In this document: piece by piece, positions 37,572 to 51,669 of the stretch | Position numbering within the stretch: the stretch's first letter is position 1 | Layout of the letters: every line of letters starts with the position of its first letter | Source: Azolla caroliniana | Taxonomy: Eukaryota; Plantae; Polypodiophyta | Assembly: GCA_043228905.1 (NCBI GenBank) | Contig: JBHGNT010000020.1 | Coordinates: 4,712,001 to 4,776,000, forward strand | DNA: 64,000 bases | Direction of reading: 5' to 3' | Notes under the pieces: model-generated | Seen by the model: only the letters and a program-made list of their open reading frames with translations | Told to the model about the DNA's origin: nothing | Database searches by the model: none | Made by a program: the position numbers and the translations under genes

Positions 37572-40500
37572 TGTTGAGAATCGAACTCAACTTCCCATAG
37601 ATAGGTTTCACACTAGCTCATGGACATGTTGGGCTAGTTTTGTAAATAGTAGAAAGGGGACTTGCCCTAGCTTAGTTGGTATATAAACCAACGCATTGTA
37701 ACTTAGTTGTTGTTGGATGTTTTATGTATTGATGTATTTTTGCAATATATAGTTTGTCTACCTCAGTCCTTAGAGCTCTCACTCTCTCTCTCTCTATCTG
37801 GAGTCACACACACACACACTCATCTTCCGTTGCATTACAACCACTCTTGCCTCCTCTTCTCTTTACATGGTATCAGAGCGTGTGGTTGCCTGATCAAGCA
37901 TTTTCGATTGTGTTGTGCTGCACACCGACAATCAACAGAACCAACCCATCAACAGAGAAGAAATCACCATGAATACTCAAATGGGAAGCACTCTTCCTAC
38001 CGAGAAGCTCGATAGAATGAACTTTGCATCTTGGGAATACAAGATGCATCAATATCTTGTCAGACAAGGCTACTGGAGCTACATCGAAGGAGCTCACGAA
38101 TCACACCCCAACCCAACACACGCCGACTATCCCGCTTGGGAGCAGGCCGCAAGCCATGTGCTATATTGCCTTGAATCATGCATTCATGATCACATGCTTG
38201 GTTACATTCGAGAGGCCAAAATGCCGAAGTAGGCGTGGGAAAACCTCAAGAAGATTTTCGCAGTCAATACGGCCGCACAAAAGCTCCAACTTCGACAGGA
38301 GCTGAACAATCTTCAACAAAGGGAGATGTCAATTAGCAACTGTAACCTTGGATCGATCAATGTCAGCATTGACGACGAAGAAATGATGCAGATATGCCTC
38401 GGTGGCTTAGCACCGCGATTTGGCGCAATAAGATCAGTTGTTCTCACGAGAGAGAATCCTCCCTCCTTTTTGGATCTCCAAATTATCGTTATTGCTGGTC
38501 GAAGAGAATCACATGCGTCAAAGGAACAACGCATATGAAGGACAGATGCTATATTCGAACTTCGATGGAGGAAGAGGACACAGTCGCGGCATGAGAGGCC
38601 AATACGGGCAAGGTCGACACAATCAAAATCGTAATTCCCACCAATGGCAAGCGGACAAAAATGGCCCTAGAGAGTTCGATGGAAGGGGGGAGCCATCAAG
38701 CCGGACTGAGCAACCATAGGAACCCAGTTGAGTGCTGGTACTGCGGAAAACCCGGTCACTACGTAGAGGAGTGTCGGAAGAAGAAGCAAGAGCAAGGATG
38801 ACAACTAACAAATTACGCCACGAACTCTGACTACGGCGACCGCGGCAGAATGTTCATAATGAAGCACGAAGCACACTCAATGTCCGCATTTGTGTCAACT
38901 ACTGCTTCCACTTCGAACAACGTATGGTTTGTCGATTTGGGAGCATCCAATCACATGATGTCCCATGAAGATTGGTTTCGGGAACTTCGCAAGCCTGAAC
39001 GTCCTGGATACGTCGAAATAGGAGATGACATGACTCACCCCATACAGCATATCGGGAACGTCCCATTCGGAAACGACGGCAAACAGACCTACGTCAAGAA
39101 CGTGATGCATGTCCCCACCATCACGAAAAACCTGGTCTTAGTCGGCCAAATTGTTGAACGAGGAATGCAAGTACTCTTCAATAATGACGGATGCTACATC
39201 GAAAAAGGCGATCAAGTCGTAGCTCACGGCCGACGAGAAGGTCGTATGTTCATCCTTGAATCGAGTGAGGTAAAGTCGGCCATGTACGCAAAGGGTCAGA
39301 AAGTCAAAACCGACTTAAAACTGTGGCACCAGAGAATGGGCCACATTAATCTTTAGAAACTACAAAACATGGAATCCAAAGGAGACATAATCGGACTCCC
39401 GAACTTTACGACAAAGGAGATTATAGGCATATGCGAAGCATGTCAGTTCCGAAAGCAACGTCGTCACCCATTCCCTAAAGAGCGGAATGTGAGCAAAGGA
39501 ATCCTAGATGTCGTACATTCAGATGTGTGGGGACCAGCTCAGACAACAACATTCAGTGGATGTCGATACTATGTCACGTTCATCGACGACTTCTCCAGGA
39601 ACACTTGGATCTATCTGATGAAGCAAAAGAGTGAAGTGTTTAGGCACTTCCAGACATTCAATGCCAAAGTTGAAAAAACTACGGGTCGGCATGTACGTTG
39701 TCTTCGATCAGATGGAGGCAAAGAATATTTTTCGGATGAATTTACAACGTATCTCCAAAAAGAAGGAATTCAACGAGAGTTCTCGTGTCGACACAAGCCT
39801 CAGCAAAACGGCGTAGCAGAGCGTAAAAATCGCCATGTAGTAGAAGTCGCACGAGCCATGATGAACGAGAAGAACCTGCCGAAATCATATTGGGTAGAAG
39901 CGGCAAATATGGTCGTATATCTCATGAAAATGTGCACAACCTTGGGAGTACACGATATAACTCCGCATGAGAAATTCTTCGAAAAGAAGTCGGACTTGTC
40001 ACATGTCCACATTTTCGGTTCTATCGCCTACGTACATATTCCCGACGATATGCGGCAAAAGCTTGACCCAAAGTTGGAGAAATGTATCCTCGTAGGATAC
40101 TCACTCGAACAGAAGGGGTACAAATGCTGCAACCCATCTACCCGTAAGGTTCGAACAAGTGGAGACGTAGTCTTCGACGAATACGCATCCTGGTACGCAC
40201 CAGAGAATACTTCAACTCCAACCCCGCTCGACATGGATGACACTGAAATAGAAATAGAAGCTGAGGATCAACTCACATAGATGTTAGAAGAGAACCCAGT
40301 TTTGACACGACTGAGTAGACCATCAGAGCCACCGAGCTATGAAAGCACATCTCACCCAAGTCCGAAGATGGACAAATACGAAGATCAGGAAGAGACAGAG
40401 ATGCTTCACTCTCTTGACAGTGAATTTGAAGATTTTGACATCCGCATAGATGGAGTGGAGAAAGCCATACTCCCCACGGATCAAGAGCTACGTCGATCCA

Positions 40501-41747
40501 CACGTGAAAAGAACCTCGTAAACCGCTACGGCTACGAAGAGTACATGGTGTATCACTACGCTTTTATAATGAAAGTAGCGTCAGTATGGGAACCGGAAAC
40601 GCTTTTCGAAGCCGCCAAGGATTTGGATGGGTCGACGGGATGAATGAGGAGATGGAAGCTTTATGCAAAAACGAGACATGGAATCTTGTTCCTTTCCCCC
40701 CGAATAAGAAAGCAATCGCTGCAGATGGATATACAAAGTAAAATACAATGCCGACGGATCCATAAATCGCTTTAAAGCACAACTCATTGAGAAAGGCTAC
40801 GCGCAAATGTATGGCATAGACTACGAAGAAACCTTTGCCCCGGTGGCAAAGATGACAACTGTACGGACAATAATTGCACTCGCCACAACGAACGGATGGC
40901 ACCTCCACCAGATGGACGTGAAAAATGCTTTCCTTGAAGGAGAGTTAGAAGAAGAGGTGTACATGATGGAACCACCCGTATTCGAATTGCGTAAGCATCC
41001 GCATGCCGTATGCCGACTCAAGAAGCCACTCTACGGCCTCAAACAAGCACCGCACGCTTGGCATTCGAAGATCACGCAATATCTTCATCAAGTCGGATTT
41101 CGGATGTCAAAATCTGATACTTCTCTGTACATCCGAAATGAGTGGGATAGCCCGATCATCATCATCCTATACATGGACGACTTGGTCATCGGAGGAAAGG
41201 ATCTCGCCGAGATCACCAACATCAAATCTCTTCTTTCCAGTAGATTTGAAATGAAAGACTTACACGAGCTCCATTACTTCCTAAGTATTGAAGTAATTCG
41301 GACACCAGTCGGAATAATGATCTCTCAACGGCACTACATTCTCAACTTACTCTACAAGTTCGGAATGACCAAGTGCAAGCCTGTGTCTACCCCTCTTGAT
41401 CGTAATCTCAAGATCGATGCCAATTCCAAAACAACTGAGAGCGAGCCGACTCAGTATTGACAACTAATCGGTAGTTTGATCTATCTGACCATTACATGAC
41501 CCGACCTCAGTTATTCGGTCGGCCTACTTAGCCAATTTATGAAGAATTCACGAAGTCTTCATCTCGACTGCGCTAAGAGAATACTTTGGTATGTCAGTAC
41601 AACAATGGACTACGACGTTATGTACAAGACCAATGCGATCATTCAACTCGAAGGATAGACAGACGCGGACTAGGCAGGATATAAAGCGGACAGGCGATCC
41701 ACATTCGGATTCGTCTTCTCTCTTGGTAGCGGAGCGATGTCCTGGAG
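37572..41747 (+). mobile_element. Copia E (296-bp 5' LTR, PBS, gag-PR-INT-RT), truncated in RNase H
   Basis: LTR TGTTGAG...TTTACA at 37572-37867 and PBS at 37868-37879. Contains WFVDLGASNHM, VHSDVWGP, QNGVAERKN and HQMDVKNAFL. Confidence 0.9.
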
Positions 41748-44700
41748 TAATATATATAAAGTAAAGGATTTTCTTCATGATATAAAAACAACGTTACATG
41801 TTGTAAATTAAATAATATTTGAGAGACTCGAACCCACAACCTCATATACCAAAGTCAACACACCTACCATTAGGCTAGGTCCTTTGTTTTTAAAATTATA
41901 TTTTCATGTTTATACTTATGCCATATATTTTTTCATACATGAAAGCTCAAAATAGCGAGATGCCTATCATGCATCACATGTAATGCATGAACGCGAAATG
42001 GCGATCATGCATCACATGCATGACTTGTACCCTCCAATGCATCATATGCATGGGGACACCTATTTAAATGGTGAAAGAGAAGATGAAAGGGAAGAGGTAT
42101 GAGATATGAATAGAAAAGAATTGAGGTATAAGAGGCAGTTGACAAGAGATATAGAAAAGAATTGGAATTTATGCTTGAAGTACCAAATACCGAGGATGAT
42201 ATAATGGCAGATTGGAATGAGGTAACAAATGCTTGTAATAAATTTATGAAAAGAATACAAAGGAATGGTGTAATGCTACAAATACCACATGTGGGAATCA
42301 TGAATCGGCTTGATCAAAACATCGAAGTTCAAAGACATGGTCAAGAACCATCACACGAAATGGTGCATCAACCACGCAAAATGATCGGAACTAAGAGTGA
42401 GTCTTTTCTTGATGATTTAGTTCAAAGCATGAAAGATCTAACAATTAAAGTGGCAAAGCTTGACAATGGTCAGACTTCGAGGTCAAGGGAACCATTTCTA
42501 CCTTGATGCATGTGGTGTGATAGTCTTGAACATCGATTACGTGATTGTGCAGATATAAAGACATGGAAAATCGAGACTTGGTGTATTGGAAAAATGGTAA
42601 CATTTATTTAACTGAAACTAGAAGTCCACTTACAAAGAACTTTGGTGATGGTGGTGTTAAGGTTAAATTTGAAGAAACTGAAGCAAAGAAGGCTTCCGCA
42701 ATGTACTACTCGGCCACGGCAGGAATGCGCCTCGATGACATGCCATCCTGATCATCATTTTGGGAGAAGGTTGTAAGTACCGCACAAAAGCAAAAGATGA
42801 AGATGGAAGACCTTCGTGGTGCCGGAGATTCTGTAAGGAAAAACACTGGATGGGATGTTCCAATAGATGTTATGACAGTCTATGCTCAAATGGCAGAACA
42901 CCAAGAGCATGAGGTGATAGTGGAAGAAAAAAGGAAATGGCCGGATGATGAGATTGGCTCAACAAAAAAGCATGGGACAAGAGAAAGCAAAAGAAAAGAG
43001 ATGGACGCAAAGGTCGAAAAGGTAAATCTAGTCCTCCATTCAAATTAATGTCTGATATTGAAAAAGATACAAATTTAAAGAAAGTTTTAGAAACAAGAAT
43101 ACTAGACAGTCGAGTAGAATTTACACTAAGAGAAGTGTTAGGTATTACAAAAAAGGAATTTCATGATGAAATAATTGATATTGTGTGAAGAACGAAGCAA
43201 GTAAATGAGCAGGTTAAAGAGACAAATCTGAAGGTGGCATATGAAGTGGGGAGCAACGAGTCAAACAATATCATTGTTGACTCTCAACATGCATCAACCT
43301 CAATGATAAATTCAACAGATGTAAGAAGCCATTACTCTCGCAAATGTTGGGCAAGAGCCACTACTGAGCATCATGTGAAGATTGGAAATGTTCCAGACCC
43401 CGTGATGGCACTTATTGATCATGGTTCTGAAATAAATATAATGAGTGTTGATTTTTACAGGAAAGGTAGATGGCCAATTGATACTCAACATGGTTGGTGA
43501 GTAAAAGCTGCCACATCAATCACGGAAGATTTATTTGGTGCATGCCCAAATGTAAAGGTTACTATTGGTGATATAGAGGTAGATCAACATTTCTTTGTGC
43601 AGGAAGGATCTACCTATCCAATAATCCTGGGGCAACCATACATTACAGTGGTACGGATGGAGACCAAAGTCCTCGACAATGGTTCTACCTATGTGAAAAT
43701 CCGTAGCCAAGACGGACGACGAACTGTACAATTTATGACAGTTCGCCCAAATCATGAGAGGAACAAGCAAGAGCTTCGTGATCATTCAATACCAAAAGAC
43801 TGTGATTATTTTGATAATTAGGTTTTTGATTAGGACTGTTGCGAGTGAGGGTTGCAATAGTCCCATTATTAAAACACCCTCATATAGGGCATTACAACAT
43901 ATGAATAAGTCAATTCATGTTTCTGAAAGTGGTGCTATATGTGTGACTAGGATGTATGAATGCAAGAGGAACTTGAAAAAGAATGCTAATCTGTTTCAGC
44001 AGGCATTGAAGGATAATGGAGTACTTGAAATGGAAGGGCAAATTGAACGTGTTATGGAAGAAATTTCTTTTGCAAATACTTTAGAAGAGTTAGAAATGTA
44101 TTTGAAAGAAGATGATGAGAGTGTTAGAAAGATACATGTTAACTCAATTGATATGTATTATGAGATTGATAGGTATAATTGTAAATATGAAGAAGTAGAA
44201 AGTTTATGTAATACAAAATACAAAACAATAGATAAAAAGGTCAAACCTGCTGCAGTACCGTTACCTATTGGTAATGAAGAGAAGATGGAGGCAGCAGCAG
44301 CTAAGCCTATGCTTTGACCAATAGAGAAGATCAGACATCACTTCACTTCGGAGACAATAAATACCTTGAGAATCGGAGAGGGTGAATTTCTCCTGCAATC
44401 AGAGATCACGACTTTCAAAGAAATGATCTTTAGGCATGGGAAAGCATTCGCAATCAAAGCTGAGGAGATTGGTTGTGTAGATCCAAAGGTGGTGACGCCA
44501 ATGGTAATATTTACTATCCCTCATATTCCTTGGAATTTTAAACCTATTGTAGTACCGAGAGCTCGATTACCTCAATTGTTGGAGTTGCTGAAGGATAAAG
44601 TCAAGATGAAGATTTTAGAGCCTTCGAATGCACCATACTCCAATAGATGGTTCACGGTTCCAAAGAAAGATGGTTCTCTAAGATTCATTCAAGATCTACA

Positions 44701-47700
44701 ACTAGTCAACAAAGTCACAATCCGAAATGCAGGAATCAGACCGATCGTTGATGAATGTGCGGAAGCGTTTGCTGGAAGAGCGATTTACTCTATGGGAGAC
44801 CTATATTCAGGATACGATCAGTTTCAACTAGCAATTGATAGTCGCAATATCACAACAATGAAAACACCAATTGGGTTGGTTCGAATGTGCACTCTACCTC
44901 AAGGGGCGACGAATTCAGTTGCTCATATGATGAATGCAATGAACAAAGTTCTACATGAATACATCCCAAAGGTAACTATGCCATTTTTAGATGATATTCC
45001 TATTAAGGGATGCTTAGAAAGAGAGAAAGATGAGACTATGGTTGGAAATGGTTGCAGAAAGTTTGTGATGGATCACATTAATGATTGTGAAAGTATTTTA
45101 AATAAGCTTGAGCAAGTACATTTGACACTATCAGGAACAAAGTCAAGCTTTGGGCAGAACGAAGTTCTGATAGTTGGTCATATGTGTGGCTAGTATGGGA
45201 GGAAGCCGTCACCGATCAAAATTAACGCTTGATACAAAATATGAAGGAGGTTTGCGAATCGGTAATAGAGGTGAGAAGATTTTTAGGTGCATGTGTGTTT
45301 TATCATATTTGGTTACCACACTTTGCACATGTATCAGATCCTCTCTATCAACTTTTAAGAAAAGGGAAGAAGTTTATATGGACTGATGAACATACACAAG
45401 TTGTTCAACAGTTGAAAGAAGCATTATTGAAAGCACCAGTTCTTCGTCAACCAAACTACAAAGGTGAAAGACCAATTATAGTAACAGTTGATACTAGCCC
45501 AATCGGGATCGGTTGGGTTATCAACTAAGAAGATGAAGACCAACATCGATATGCTATCAGATTTGGAGCAAAGATATTAAATGAAAGACAAAGAAACTAT
45601 GCACAAGTTAAACGAGATTTGTGGGGTTTGCTTACTGCATTAAAAACAGATAGAGATTACTTGATCGGAGCAGCTGTAGTGGTTGAAACAGATTGTTTGC
45701 CACTCATCGGAATGATAGCAAGTTGCACCACACCGGATATTGCAATGCTTCGGTGGATTGCATACATTAGAACCATGAACCCAGAATTACAGCATATAAA
45801 GGGCAAAGAAAACCCAGTCGCAAATATGTTGTTAAGAGCAAGGTCCATAAATGAAAGGGTGATGCAAGCTGAAGATAAGAATTGGATAACTACAAGCCAT
45901 CAAGTTTCTCATCAAGTATCTATTAAGCCTCATGATGAGTTTCATGTAAGTATAATGTTCAAAGATGTGGAGTATGAAGGTCAATGGTTAGAAATAGGAA
46001 ATTTTCTAAAGACTCAAGAAGCCAACCCATCATGGTCGAAGAAACAATTAAATGAATTTCGAAGATGAGCATTCAAGTTTGTTTTACATGAAGGGCATTT
46101 ATGGAGGCGTCCAAAAAGGCCAACCAAAAATCCTCTTCGAGTCATTTGTAAGTATGACATTAAGAGAAAATTAATTAATGAATTCCATGATAGTTTGTAG
46201 GCAGGACATAGAGGCATATGGGCGACATTTATGAAGTTGAAAGAAAAGTATTGGTGGCCACATATGTATAAAGATGTAACGAAATTTATGGAAACCTATG
46301 GGGTTTGCCAGAGGTATTCAACTATCCAGTATCGAGATGAGCAAAAACCAACATATTCATCATCAATGCATTATAAATGGATGGTCGATCTAGTGACAAT
46401 GCCACTTGGGGAAGGTCAAATGCGATATTTAGTACTAGCAAGAGAAGACCTTACAAACCAAGTAGAAGGAAGACCACTACGACAAAAAACAACTAGAGCT
46501 GTATGTAAATTTTTGTTAGAAGATGTAATATGTCGTTATGGGTGTGTTGGTAAAATAATTGCAGATAGAGGAGAACTCGACTATGATGAAGCTAGAGAAT
46601 TCTTCAGCCGAATAGGGGTCAAATTATCACTTACAACTGCGTATAATCCAGAAGCCAATGGAAAGATTGAAAAAGGACATAGCCCAATAGTTAAGGCAAT
46701 CGTGAAAAGCTGTAAAGGTAAAATAACAGATTGGCACGCATGCTACCTTATGCACTTTGGGCGGATCGAACAACTCATAGTTCGGTAACAGGATACATGC
46801 CAGTTGAATTAATACTTGGCCAAAAGCCTATCATGCCAGTAGAAGAATCAATTATGTCATGGATATCTATTCCATGGAGAGAAGAGGAGAGCAGAGAAAA
46901 ATTACTTGCTTTGCGAATTCAACAATTAGAGCGTCGACCTAAAGATATAGAAATAGCAGCCCAACGATTGAAGGAGGCTCGACTGAAGAATAAAATTCGT
47001 TTTGATAAAACTCATAGAATTCGACCTAAGAAAATAGAAGAAGGAGATTGGGTGCTTGTGTATGATAGCAGTTTAGATAATCAACATAGCACCGTCCGCA
47101 AGTTCGTTGAAAGATGGTTTGGGCCTTATATAGTAAGAAAAGTATATGATAACTTTACTTATAAGCTTAGTGAATTGGATGGGACACTAATCCTAAACGT
47201 GGTAGCTAGAAAGAGGATAAAAGTATTTAAGAAAAGGTTTGATCTTGAACCTCCTCCAATAGATCAACATGAAGATGAAAGATAGTGGCACATGCCGGAG
47301 GATGTGCAGGTCTAAAGGGGGTGGATGTCGTGAAGTACAAAAGCTTCACATTAAAAGTCTACAATAAGATAAATACGTAACTAAAATAACATTTGATAAT
47401 GTTTTATATATAAAGATAATATTAACAACACATATGATAATATTATATATATGTAAAGAAAAATAATATATATATATATATAGATAAAGATATTATATTA
47501 CACGAACAAAAGAGGACTTGAACCAATAACCCCACCCTATGACTTTCAAATCTTACCATTTACTCTATACTAATAATATATATACAATAAAGGATTTGCA
47601 TCATGATATAAAAACAACGTTACATGTTGTAAATTAAATAATATTTGAGAAACTTGAACCCACAACCTCATATACCAAAGTCAACACACCTACCATTAGG

Positions 47701-48393
47701 CTAGGTCCTTTGTTTTTAAAACTATATTTTCATGTTTATTCTTATGCCATATATTTTTTCATACATGAAGGCTCAAATGAGCGAGATGCCTATCATGCAT
47801 CACATTGAATGCATGAATGCCAAATGGCGATCATGCATCACATGCACTACATGCATGCCTTGTACCCTCCAATGCATCATATGCATGGGGGCACCTATTT
47901 AAATGGTGAAAGAGAAGATGAAGGGGAAGAGGTATGAGATATGAATCAAATATATATTACATAAGAGATACCATAAAATAGAAAAAGAAAGGAAGAAGTT
48001 CAACATAAAGGTGGAGCTCTAGCTTGGCGATCATGGTGGTCAACTCTCAACAAGAGGGAGGTGGTTCGAGCCTTATCTTCATCAAAATATTGAAGTGAAG
48101 ATTATTGTGGCCTACTATCAAGAAAGAGAAGAGTGATTATCTTGTGAGACCAAGTTCGAAGGATCAACGACGCTTACAACCACTTTTGTAACTCTTTCAT
48201 CAAATAATTATAAATCTCTTTTATTCTTTCAAATATCATTCAACATCCTATCTTGTCATATCTTGTTGATCTCTATTTAATCTATCTCTACTCTTTCGTC
48301 TCTTCCATCCATAATCCCAGTGATTCCTTCCTCACTTTCACGATATCTTTTGTCTATGCAACGCTACGCTTCTAGGCAAGCCACGCCACGACA
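41748..48393 (+). mobile_element. AT-rich divergent gypsy Y2 (fungal-type RT/INT): partial 5' LTR, gag-PR remnant, pol, PPT, 3' LTR
   Basis: 41748-~42110 repeats ~47572-47946. Contains ALIDHGSEIN, PYSNRWFTVPKKDG, LPQGATNS, FLDD and YNPEANGKIE. PPT at 47314-47325 and LTR at 47326-48393 (TGTCGTG...CACGACA). Confidence 0.88.
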
Positions 48394-51300
48394 CCGTTTT
48401 GTGCTAAGTGTAATTTATCCTACGCATGTATTGTGACTAATGATATTGCCGCTAGTAACCCATTAGAGTTCCATTAACTGTCGATCTAACTCTATCTCAC
48501 CGCAACACCCCTTTGGTGAAGTGTCTTAGAGGGACACCTTGTGTTAGGCCATTGTCTGGCACTAACGATAACACAGTTTTTTGGCAACCACGATTCCTGC
48601 ACACACGCAGCGAACAGCAGCGGGCATGGATGACTAGACCAACAAACGACCCGGTTTCAGAGCAAGCAAGAAGACTTCCCGAACAATTGTGGAAGCAAGA
48701 GGCTTTCCAACAGGTGGCAAAAGAGATCCATGTGGATCGCTCATTTTCCAAAGTAATCCGGCGAGTGGCCGCAGAGTCACTCCGCGGACAACAAAATTCC
48801 CCACCGGACGAAGGAAGCAGCGTGAGCAGTCTCGGGGACACAAAATCCATCCTGCAGGCACTAATGACAGGGGGAGGCAATTCGGAAACATTCTCGGCCT
48901 TCGAATCGGATTTGGACGGCGAATGCAACGCCCATTCGAATTACCGTAGCAGCCATGACACCCCAAACGGACCGGAGGACGAGTAGTCGAATACGTTGCC
49001 GACACCAGAACCGGAGTTAACGGAACTGGAAGCCCCAGATCGGTAGGAGGCGGATCAGCTCCCGACACTGCCATGTGCAACACCGAAAGAAGAGGAAGCA
49101 AGGCCTTCATCACCAAAAGAAGAGGAGGCAAGACCCCAAACACCGAAAGAGGAGGAAGAAAGACCTTCATCACCGAAAGAAGAGGAGGGGAGACCTCCGA
49201 CACTGGACGACGACCTGTCGTTCCAATATCTCAAGTACTAGGATGATCTGGACGCACAAGCTCATGTCTATGCATTTCTACAAACATCGGAAGCAAACCA
49301 TGTGTCACAACACTTAACCGCAGCCGAAGCAGAATGCTCGAAGATTGCAGAGTTCGGCATGACCTTGGAAGGACCAGCAGCGCTATGGCGCTTGACGCAC
49401 ACTCCCGGCACCATCACAATGTTTGAGGACTTAAAAACTAGATTTTTACAGTTCTTCAACAAAGAGGTGGATCAACGGGAGATGGTCGGCCTATTCTACA
49501 CCATACGGCAGGAACCTACGTAAACCATTCAACAATTCGTAATCTGGTTCCAGCGAATGCATAGTCAGCTCAATAGGGCACCACTGGAGGAGGAGGCGAA
49601 ATCAATATTCCTAGCCGCACTCAGGGAACCCTTGCGTACGGTGTGCGTAGTGATTGATTTCTACACCACCACAATCGACCAAGTCATAGAAAGGGTTAGG
49701 GAGATGGAGGAAACAAGCTCGTGGCTAACAATGGGGGCACTCTAGTGTACATTACCCACAAAAGATAACCTACGGTTTCGGCAAGCTATACAATGTATGA
49801 CTTGTCTCAATGTCGGGCACTCAGCAATAGAATGTACCATGCGGACACAGTGCATGTTATGCCACTCCAGAACGCACACAATGGACCGATGCGAATATAA
49901 CTTGTTGAACTGACAAGCAGCACTAGTAAGGCAAATCAAAACCTAGAGCAACCGAGAGGAAGAAGAAGAACGTTGGCAACGAGACGAGCGTTACTGACCG
50001 GCGCAAGATATCCGGAACAGCGACAGAAAGGATGCTCACGACCGAGACCGGCAAGATAGCTACCATGATTACAACAGTGATCGACATGTGCGATACAACC
50101 GGGATCACTCCCCCGGTTACAATCAGTGAAGGGAGGATCAACGCAACTATGAAAACCGGCCCCGACAAGGTTATCGGAACAAAAAACGCTTCAACAAAAA
50201 ATGGAACGCTCGAAAGGAGGACCGCGAGTGGCAGCCAGACAAGGCCACGCCAAGTACCCAACCGGACCAAGCACCTAACCAACCACCAATAAGACCTCAA
50301 TCGGGTACCGGAGCAAATGCCGAATCCAACAACACCCGGAAAGCGTACTACTACTATTGCCAACACGAAGGACATTATAGCAATCAATGTTTGGTTAAAA
50401 GCTACGAGAAAAGACCAGCCGTAAATATGGTGGTAGTTGAAGTTGCCGATATACAACAAGTCACCACCAGGGCAAAAGGCAAAACAACGGAGTGGGAAAC
50501 ACAGGAGTCAATCCGAAAGCAAGCCACCGAGTGGGTGAAGAAGGCAAATGAGCAAAATGTGGTGGAGCTTGAACAACAAAAGGAGAAACCGGACGGGGCC
50601 ACTGACACGATTGAGCCGGAAAACCCAACATGGCAAGCGTTACAAGAATGTCAGATTACGCTGCCATTGGGTTGGTTATTACAGCTAGTGCCCCGGTTTA
50701 CGGAAGGGCTGACATCAGGAATGACCACATCAATTCTGTTGCCGGCTCCTGCGTTCTTCTCAAATCCGGAAGAAGGGCCAGCAATGGTAGACACAAATAG
50801 TCCGGCAATCACCGCCATCGTCAAAGGACGAGAACTACAAGGGACGATTGTGGACGGAGGATCAGGCGTAAACGTGATCAGTTTACGAACTTGTAACACC
50901 CTGGGAATCCAGGAATGGGAGGCTTGCCCATTTTGGCTCCGAATGGCGGATACAAGTTCGGTAAGACCTACCGGTTTGATACGGGATCTAGATGTAACTA
51001 TCGGAGGTCACGCATTCCGCATTTCGGTAGTGGTGCTCGAGCTCAATGCGCAAGGGGCTTACCTGTTGTTGTTGGGCCGCCCATGGCTAAAAACGGCGCA
51101 TATCAAACAAAACTAGCGGAAAAACATGATTACCTTCCAACGAGGGAAGACAAAAATAAGGGTACCTACCCACCCTTGAGCTAGTACCGGCAAGGAGCTG
51201 ATGCCGCTATATGCGGAAGGTGTGAACATGCTCGAGGGGCTTGCGGACAAAGAGGCCGACTAGTACTTAGAAGAAGAAAACCCAAAAATTGTACATCTAT

Positions 51301-51550
51301 TTGAAATAGATGTGGCGGAAGCAGTGTCACCATATAGAATGCAATCGGACGATGTCGTCGAAGAACCAGATCGGGAAGCTATCAGAGAATTACGGCAAGC
51401 ACAGGAAGCTCTGGAAAGGGAGATGGTGGTATCCCAACGCGTGAAAGAATCCTAGTAAGAGGAAGTGAACTTAGGGAACGGGAACAACGCTAAACCAGTT
51501 CATATTGCTAAGGAAATGTCACCGGACAATAGGACAGTGATGATCACACA
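48394..51550 (+). mobile_element. Truncated gypsy G4, close relative of G1 (end of 5' LTR to 48573, PBS 48582-48591, gag-protease)
   Basis: LTR end CCCTTTGGTGAAGTGTCT...GACACCTTGTGTTAGGCC...ATAACA as in G1, PBS TGGCAACCAC, then MTRPTND and IVDGGSGVN. Confidence 0.9.
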
Positions 51551-51669
51551 TCGATAAGTTTACAACCATTTTAGTATTTATTCATCTAAAGCACAATTCA
51601 TTGATAGAACGTTTGGTGAGCAACGTTCGACCTATAGTGTGTTAGCAATAGTTATTGTCGACCGAACAT

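Noticed and set aside
43801-43840. Programmed frameshift between gag-PR and pol in Y2 (GGTTTTT)
   Set aside because: The -1 frame hits a stop immediately and the copy is decayed, so it cannot be told apart from mutation.
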